Shown: one piece after another, positions 58,662 through 64,000 of the stretch | How the letters are laid out: the number at the start of each line of letters is the position of its first letter | Numbering within the stretch: the stretch's first letter is position 1 | Source: Vampirovibrio sp. | GTDB lineage: Bacteria; Cyanobacteriota; Vampirovibrionia; Vampirovibrionales; Vampirovibrionaceae | Assembly: GCA_027448865.1 (NCBI GenBank) | Contig: DAIDMR010000069.1 | Location: 23,931-87,930, forward strand | Direction of reading: 5' to 3' | Length of the DNA: 64,000 bases | Position numbers and translations under genes: made by a program | The notes under the pieces: model-generated | Told to the model about the DNA's origin: nothing | The model's database searches: none | What the model saw: only the letters and a program-made list of their open reading frames with translations

Positions 58662-59270
58662 CTATGAGGGTAATTTCCAGGCTAAATAGCCAATACACTT
58701 TATTTGTTGAAGTGAGATAGGCCCAAAATAACGGCTGTCCAGGCTATTTCTATGGTAAGGCGAAATCAGCCAAACTTCCCCTTGTTTCACCCGATAGTCA
58801 CCGGGATTGAGTTGGGGCAAAGGTAAGCTAGTCCGGCCAAAGCTCTGTGATTGGCTTTTAGGGAGCCACTTCCCATTGATGGCTATACCTTGAGGTGTTA
58901 TTGAAACGATATCGTTTGAAACGGCTGCCACGGGCTTCATAAGATGGCTATAACCACCAGGACAATCGCCATCGGGAATGTAACCTCGTTGCTTGGCGAT
59001 TCGAAAGAAAGGTTTATCTGGCGGGCAAAGCCAGACAAACTGTCCCCTCCGAATAGGGCCATGAATAGGTTCCACCTTCCAAATGCCTGGCGGAACGGAG
59101 GGCGTGGTAATAATTCGGTAGCCTTGAGCATAAAATAGCCCTAGAAAGCTCCCAATGAGGGCAACCGCAATAAAATATCGAATTAACAGCAACTTCATCG
59201 GGCTTGTATTGGCGGTTGTTGGATCCGCTCCAATACCACAGGCTGGACCCGATGTTTGGTAGCAGGGCAT
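58662..59270 (-). CDS. traF: Conjugative transfer signal peptidase TraF (S26 family); likely start at 59198 (MKLLLIRYF...)
   Basis: It has an N-terminal TM, an S26-type catalytic region, and the TraF-specific C-terminal motif (…GDYRVKQGEVWLISPYHRNSLDSRYFGPI…). It is directly downstream of traG. Confidence 0.8.
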   Translation of the reverse strand: MPCYQTSGPACGIGADPTTANTSPMKLLLIRYFIAVALIGSFLGLFYAQGYRIITTPSVPPGIWKVEPIHGPIRRGQFVWLCPPDKPFFRIAKQRGYIPDGDCPGGYSHLMKPVAAVSNDIVSITPQGIAINGKWLPKSQSQSFGRTSLPLPQLNPGDYRVKQGEVWLISPYHRNSLDSRYFGPISLQQIKCIGYLAWKLPS

Positions 59271-61156
59271 GTGGAACTTTCACTTGAAGACGCCAAACCG
59301 CCCGCATGTTTAAGCCGGATTTGCTTGGCATCCAAGATTTTATCTGACTGTTTGGGTGGACCAATTTTGGCGGCTTCCTTAAACCAGGGATCCCGGAAAT
59401 ATAGGATTTGGGTTCCTTTGATGGGGGCATGGCCCGCTGCAAAAATCAGCATTTCTCCTGGGTTTTGGATGTTTCCCAGTCGGTCTTTTCGTGGGGCTTT
59501 TAACCGCATTACCTCATCCGGGGTCATTAGGGGACGCCCTAGGGAGTGAAACGAACGGCTGACTTGCCCTAACATCCCGCTAGAGCGTTTCCCAGAGCTA
59601 GTGTAATCCTCCTTGACCACGGTGGCCTGTCCCAGTAATTTAGATAACCATTCTGCCGTCAGCACGTTATTGGGCGCGTATGCCACTCGGATGTGACAGT
59701 TAGCCAGAATGCTTTCGTTTTGGCCGTATGCGGCCTGAAGTTGGGCGATATCCTGCATGATGAGATAGGCTTTCATTCCATAACCAGCAATGAACGCCAG
59801 AGCCTCTTGAAAGATTTCCAGACGGCCAAAAGTCGGGAACTCATCCAACATTAATAGTAGGCGCTGTTCATAGGATTTGGCAGGCTGGCCGCCTTCAAAC
59901 TTTTGCTCATCACGAGTTAAAACTCGGACAATCTGGTTCAGAATTAGGCGCATTAAAGGTTTCAGCCGGTCTTTATCTGCCGGGCGCACAACCAGATAAA
60001 GTGAAACCGCGTGTTTTTGATGCATCAGGTCATGAATGGAAAAGTCACTGCGGCTAATGTTTCGGGCCACCAACGGATCCCGGTAAATGGTTAAAAAGGC
60101 CTGGGCAGAGGAAAGCACCGAGCCCCGTTCCTGCTCTGGCCGGTTTAGCATATCCTGGCCCGCTGCCGCTACCACTTGCCGAGCCGTTTGGCTGCTGTGC
60201 TGGTTTTCAACCATTTCTTGATACAGCGCATCAATGGGCCGTGTCGGATCCGAGATGGCATAGGCCACCTCTGATAAACTGGCTTTTTTATCAGTCTTGT
60301 AAATCAGATGCAAAATGAGACCGGTTAAAAACGCATGCGCGGTCTTGGCCCAGTGATCCACCAGGCCTTTTCCATCAGGGTCGACAATAATATTGGCCAG
60401 GTTTTGCACATCCCCCACTTCCGTCACGCCTAGGCGTACCTCATCCAGAGGGTTAAAAGCGCAACTGCCTCTTTCAGACGCCGGATCAAACTTCAGAACG
60501 GTACCATTCAGCTCATGTTTTCGGTAACCCGCCGTTAAATTCCAGAGTTCTGCCTTCATATCATTGACCACCACCGAATGCGGCCATGTCAGTAAGGTGG
60601 GAACGACCAGGCCCACACCCTTTCCAGACCGTGTGGGCGCAATGGCTGCAATATGCTCAGGTCCATTGTGCCGTAGGTAATGAAGTCGTTTCTTCTGATC
60701 CATCCAGCCGCCTACATACACCCCGGCGCTGGAGTCATGGGAATTGGGCAATAGGCCGGTGTCTTCAATTTCTTCTTGGGCGGCAAAATGGGCGGTGCCA
60801 TGTACGTCCTGGTGTCCTTGGGGATTTCGTGCCCGTACATTCAACAGGGTCGAGTATGAAAAAATGGTTATTCCCAGCGTTAAAAGCAGGAAAACGTTGA
60901 CCACTGAAAACGTTTGAGGACCATTGTCGGCAAACTGAGCCTGCCAAACTAGCCAATTCCAGGGCGCGTAAAAATGATCAAACCAAGGATTTCCCAGCGC
61001 TAGCTCATAGTGAAAACGCTCGGCCACAAACTGAGTGGCCATTATGCTGGCCAGAAGTAGGACAAAAGCAATGACAGTAAAATCCAGTGACGTCTGAGTT
61101 CTTGTGGCTGCTTTGGTCATCGCCCTCGTCCTTTCGCTTGCCCTTGGCGCTGCCAT
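59195..61156 (-). CDS. traG: Type IV coupling protein TraG (VirD4 family), 653 aa
   Basis: It has two N-terminal TMs and the Walker A APTRSGKGVGLVVPTLL. Size and context follow the relaxase gene. Confidence 0.9.
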   Translation of the reverse strand: MAAPRASERTRAMTKAATRTQTSLDFTVIAFVLLLASIMATQFVAERFHYELALGNPWFDHFYAPWNWLVWQAQFADNGPQTFSVVNVFLLLTLGITIFSYSTLLNVRARNPQGHQDVHGTAHFAAQEEIEDTGLLPNSHDSSAGVYVGGWMDQKKRLHYLRHNGPEHIAAIAPTRSGKGVGLVVPTLLTWPHSVVVNDMKAELWNLTAGYRKHELNGTVLKFDPASERGSCAFNPLDEVRLGVTEVGDVQNLANIIVDPDGKGLVDHWAKTAHAFLTGLILHLIYKTDKKASLSEVAYAISDPTRPIDALYQEMVENQHSSQTARQVVAAAGQDMLNRPEQERGSVLSSAQAFLTIYRDPLVARNISRSDFSIHDLMHQKHAVSLYLVVRPADKDRLKPLMRLILNQIVRVLTRDEQKFEGGQPAKSYEQRLLLMLDEFPTFGRLEIFQEALAFIAGYGMKAYLIMQDIAQLQAAYGQNESILANCHIRVAYAPNNVLTAEWLSKLLGQATVVKEDYTSSGKRSSGMLGQVSRSFHSLGRPLMTPDEVMRLKAPRKDRLGNIQNPGEMLIFAAGHAPIKGTQILYFRDPWFKEAAKIGPPKQSDKILDAKQIRLKHAGGLASSSESSTCPATKHRVQPVVLERIQQPPIQAR

Positions 61157-63081
61157 TGCCCTTTTTCATCCAGTTGAATCGTTTGCCCCACTGAAAGGCT
61201 TCTGAAGTCTTGTAATCGTTGAACAGGTTTCACCAGCATGGCTGCCTGGGTTTCTAGAAGGACTGCTTCAGAGCCATCCGTTAGAGTGCGCCGTCCTTGA
61301 TAAATCACGGTACCTTTATCTTGAGCGGTCCACGCCCGATGGGGTTTTAGGTTCTGGACGCGTTCCCGCACCAGGTTACGCTCGGTGATGTACGCTTGCA
61401 GTGCTGGCGATATTGAGCCATCTGCAAACAAAGAGGACTGCTTCGCTTGTTCTATTAGCTGCTGCCGCTCTTGTTCCAGTGCTTCATCCTTGAAAGTCAC
61501 TGCCATCTGATGTTGAGCGGCCAACTGAACAAGGTGCCGTTTGAAATCCGAGCTGCCTTGTACATCCAGTGGCTGATTCTGGAAGCGTTCAGCGGCCATT
61601 GTCAAAGCCAAAAGTATTGATCCGACGGTTACGGTGCCTACCGATACCAACTGCTTTTCATCGGTCACAGAACCACCATCCTGAACTTGGTAGACCAAAT
61701 CCCCGTTTTTTCGAATATAGGGCTTCAAGTCCTGGTAGATGAGATGCTTGGCTTGAGTCAGGTCATCCGCCGTTAATAGGGCTTTTTCAAAGTTTGCTTG
61801 CCTGGTTTTGCGCTGGCGCAGTAGCTCAAGTGCCTTACTATTCCCCTGCTCCGCCTGCTGAATCAGGAACTGCTCCCAAGTTAGTACGGGATGCTTGGCT
61901 TTTGATGCCTGCTTTTGGTGTTTTATCGATTGACTATGTGTTTGCAAGGCTGATTGTCGAGCTTGGGCCAATTGCTGGTAAGCTAGTCGTTTAGCTTGCC
62001 TACTTTGGCTGGATTGCTTAATTTTTAGGCGCTCTTGAGCATGCCAAGTTTTTAATTGCTGGGCAAATAGTGCTTTTTCCTCTGTTATTCTTTCTTTGAG
62101 CTGGCTTTTGACCAACCAGGCCGCTTGTTTTTGGGATTGAAAGTCAGAATGAAGTGCTTGGGTCGCCTCATCTGTTTGTTTAAGACTTTTTTGGTAAGCC
62201 CTCTTTGGATTTTCCAGCGCTGGATCGGGAGATTGAGAGTTTACAGGTGGTTCATATGGGCCGAAACGCTCCGTCAATGCCTTGAACGACAGGCTTTTAT
62301 CCACGGAACTGGCTTTGACACCCATGGAACCATCGCCAAGGGCAATCACCAGTCCGGCCCCACGGGGTTTTATCATTAAGCCATACTCAGCCATTGCCTG
62401 GTGTAGCCCGTCCCAACTTTTGCCCTCTTTGACAGCCTGAAGCAGGTCTGGTTTGGCCTCCGCCTGTATCCAGCCTAGCAAGGTTTGTTCACCAATATGA
62501 GCCTCAAGGGCATGGGCTTTTCCATACCGTTGCCCCTGCCCCATCCCGTTATCAACCGTCAAGCCGTGTTTATGCTCCAGGGCTCGGCAGGCCTTATCCC
62601 GAATATAGTAATCCCGATAAGGTTCATGGAGTTTAAAAGTCGCTGGATGCACCTTATTGATGGCCAAATGCAGATGAATATTATCTGTATCCTGGTGTAC
62701 CGCACTAATTCGCTGGTGTTCTCCAAAGCCTAATGCGTCGCACATTTGGTCTTCAATGTCTTCCAGTTGCGCTCGGGAAGGCTGCTCGCCTTCCGGGAAT
62801 GAAATCACACAATGATAGGTCTTATCCGCTTGAGAGCGCGTATTCTGGGACTGGGTGACCAGCACTTCTGCGATGGCCATTGCCGGAATTTCAGCCTCGC
62901 AATTGGAAAGTCGGTACCAAAGCACCTTCTCCCCTTCGGTTTCCGCTTTTAGATCCACCACGTATTCTGCGGTTCGGGTCCAAAGTATGGTCGAGGCATC
63001 ATTCTTGGCCTCCAGCACATACCGGCCCAGTCGGTCAAAATCCGAGGTTTTCAGTTTCCGATCAATGCGCTTGGAAATCAT
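61117..63081 (-). CDS. traI: MobP-family relaxase TraI (RP4 TraI-like), 654 aa
   Basis: It has relaxase motif III HQDTDNIHLHLAINKV (compare RP4 HTDTDNLHIHIAINKI) and the N-terminal motif I region with a candidate catalytic Tyr. The C-terminal region is Q/K-rich. Confidence 0.9.
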   Translation of the reverse strand: MISKRIDRKLKTSDFDRLGRYVLEAKNDASTILWTRTAEYVVDLKAETEGEKVLWYRLSNCEAEIPAMAIAEVLVTQSQNTRSQADKTYHCVISFPEGEQPSRAQLEDIEDQMCDALGFGEHQRISAVHQDTDNIHLHLAINKVHPATFKLHEPYRDYYIRDKACRALEHKHGLTVDNGMGQGQRYGKAHALEAHIGEQTLLGWIQAEAKPDLLQAVKEGKSWDGLHQAMAEYGLMIKPRGAGLVIALGDGSMGVKASSVDKSLSFKALTERFGPYEPPVNSQSPDPALENPKRAYQKSLKQTDEATQALHSDFQSQKQAAWLVKSQLKERITEEKALFAQQLKTWHAQERLKIKQSSQSRQAKRLAYQQLAQARQSALQTHSQSIKHQKQASKAKHPVLTWEQFLIQQAEQGNSKALELLRQRKTRQANFEKALLTADDLTQAKHLIYQDLKPYIRKNGDLVYQVQDGGSVTDEKQLVSVGTVTVGSILLALTMAAERFQNQPLDVQGSSDFKRHLVQLAAQHQMAVTFKDEALEQERQQLIEQAKQSSLFADGSISPALQAYITERNLVRERVQNLKPHRAWTAQDKGTVIYQGRRTLTDGSEAVLLETQAAMLVKPVQRLQDFRSLSVGQTIQLDEKGQWQRQGQAKGRGR

Positions 63082-63431
63082 AAGCGCTTTTTCTCAGTCA
63101 TCACAATATGAGCCAATTCCAGTTGAAGCGACTCTATTTGCTGGAGTACCGAACGCACATTGCTTGTGTTCAGACCTTCTCCTTTCCTTTCTGTCAGCCA
63201 AAGTTTGAGCAGCCCTCCCAATCGGCCTTGATCCGCATGGAGTTTAATAAGCATCGCAATGGCCTCTTTATCAAAGGCGCTTTTGGGTTCAAACCCCAAA
63301 GCCAGAGAGCGCATTAAGGTACTGGGAGCCAGCTTGACAGCCTTTGCCCGGTGTTCAATCTCCGCACGTTCGCGAGCGGAAACATAGACTTTGATTGGAT
63401 GTAGGCGGTCTCGGCACTCCCGAACGGCCAT
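63078..63431 (-). CDS. Relaxosome accessory protein (TraJ/MobC-like), 117 aa
   Basis: It is a small basic protein encoded between oriT and the relaxase gene, with a 4-bp overlap with traI, as RP4 traJ is. Confidence 0.55.
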   Translation of the reverse strand: MAVRECRDRLHPIKVYVSARERAEIEHRAKAVKLAPSTLMRSLALGFEPKSAFDKEAIAMLIKLHADQGRLGGLLKLWLTERKGEGLNTSNVRSVLQQIESLQLELAHIVMTEKKRL

Positions 63432-63815
63432 TGTATTTCCCCTTAAAATTTAAACCACTTGAATCACTTGGCGGTAGCCAATCAGGACTCGCGTTGAGGG
63501 GTTCCCCCGAATAAGCGCTTTGTATTGGAGGGGTGCAAGCTGTGCTTGTAGGCCTACAATACCTGTCCTGCCATTTTTATTTATGAAAATCTGTGCAAAA
63601 GTATGCAATATTCATGTCACACCGGTCTTTTTCATGCAACATTTGCATTGTATTGCACTGTTTTGCATAGTTTTTCGGAGTTTTGCGTTGTTTTGCATTC
63701 TTGAAAAGGCCAAACTATGCAAATCTATGCAAACCTTGTCAAAAAATGTATCCCGTGCTATCGTTCGCATGCTTTCGCCAGCACAGACTCTATTTTTCAT
63801 TTCTAGAGGGTTTCA
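63432..63815. promoter_or_regulatory. Putative origin of transfer (oriT) with IncP-like nic motif and phased TGCA-core repeats
   Basis: ACCTGTCCTG/CC at 63561-63572 resembles the IncP nic region ACCTATCCTG/CCC. It is preceded by the imperfect inverted repeat TGCAAGCtgtGCTTGTA (63534-63550). At least 10 TTGCA/ATGCAA-type repeats lie between 63594 and 63733. The region sits between divergent relaxosome genes. Confidence 0.55.
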
Positions 63816-64000
63816 TGAATCAAACAACCAAGGGCCAATATGGCCTGGGACGCATCACGTTTAAAGCACATTTTGCAGAGATTCAGCAAGAAATTGAAGC
63901 GGGTTATCCGCTAACCCAGGTCTACGAAAAGCGAAAAGACAAGCTTGGGATCGCATATACCCAATTTACCCGCTACGTGGGCAAATATATCACGGGAGAA
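63816..64000 (+). CDS. 5' part of a gene divergent from traJ across oriT (TraK-position gene), partial
   Basis: An open frame from ATG 63816 to the window end (MNQTTKGQYGLGRITFKAHFAEIQQEIEAGYPL...) is preceded by the purine-rich stretch agagggtttc. Confidence 0.4.

Noticed and set aside
63520-63864. 114-aa (+) and 62-aa (-) ORFs inside the putative oriT
   Set aside because: Their translations are dominated by the TGCA-repeat array (Cys/Phe/Leu-rich nonsense). The real gene more plausibly starts at ATG 63816, which has an RBS-like purine stretch.
1-64000. Search for CRISPR arrays, rRNA or tRNA genes, and IS transposases
   Set aside because: No regularly spaced 25-40-bp direct repeats with unique spacers were found. 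There were no rRNA-like conserved blocks or tRNA-like structures in intergenic regions, and no DDE or serine-recombinase transposase-like ORFs. The only periodic repeats are the oriT TGCA array and the short repeats reported above.

Overview
This 64-kb window is almost entirely accessory DNA from a Gram-negative proteobacterium. The species cannot be identified from the sequence; the Tn4371/Ti-like trb gene order together with ankyrin-repeat and effector-like genes suggests a beta- or gammaproteobacterial, possibly Legionellales-like, host.

Left to right the window contains:
- an RND efflux operon (148-4969);
- a minus-strand type IV pilus minor-pilin/adhesin cluster (4992-10725) whose 1026-aa PilX_N protein carries tandem LamG-like repeats;
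- an mgtA P-type ATPase plus yihY pair (10880-14405);
- a decayed hipA 3' fragment (14763-14928);
- a LysR-controlled OMF/AaeXAB-like efflux operon (14948-21190);
- a globin, Crp/Dnr-type regulator and cupin module (21333-22961);
- three effector-like genes including a 603-aa ankyrin-repeat protein (23382-28450);
- an intact hipBA module (29087-30662);
- a cus/czc-type two-component system plus a CBA heavy-metal RND efflux operon and a PAP2 phosphatase (30772-39367);
- an AbiEi/AbiEii module with twin palindromic operators (39836-41617).

From about 41.8 kb a P-type (IncP/Ti/Tn4371-like) conjugative backbone begins. It runs trbBCDEJ, a trbK-like gene, then trbLFGHI (41817-52305), an ArdC-metallopeptidase-primase fusion (52553-54757), and traF-traG-traI-traJ on the minus strand (58662-63431). 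These are followed by an oriT-like region with an IncP-like nic motif and about ten phased TGCA-core repeats (63432-63815). No integrase, tRNA or att site lies inside the window, so whether this is an ICE or a plasmid is not settled here.

The most interesting feature is a lower-GC, translationally coupled three-gene cassette inside the conjugative element (54984-58451). It consists of a nuclease-like protein, a small helical protein, and an SMC/ABC-type ATPase with a long coiled coil and a CxxC hook-like apex. This fits the ABC-3C / Lamassu class of anti-phage and anti-plasmid systems.

No CRISPR arrays, rRNA or tRNA genes, or IS transposases were found.
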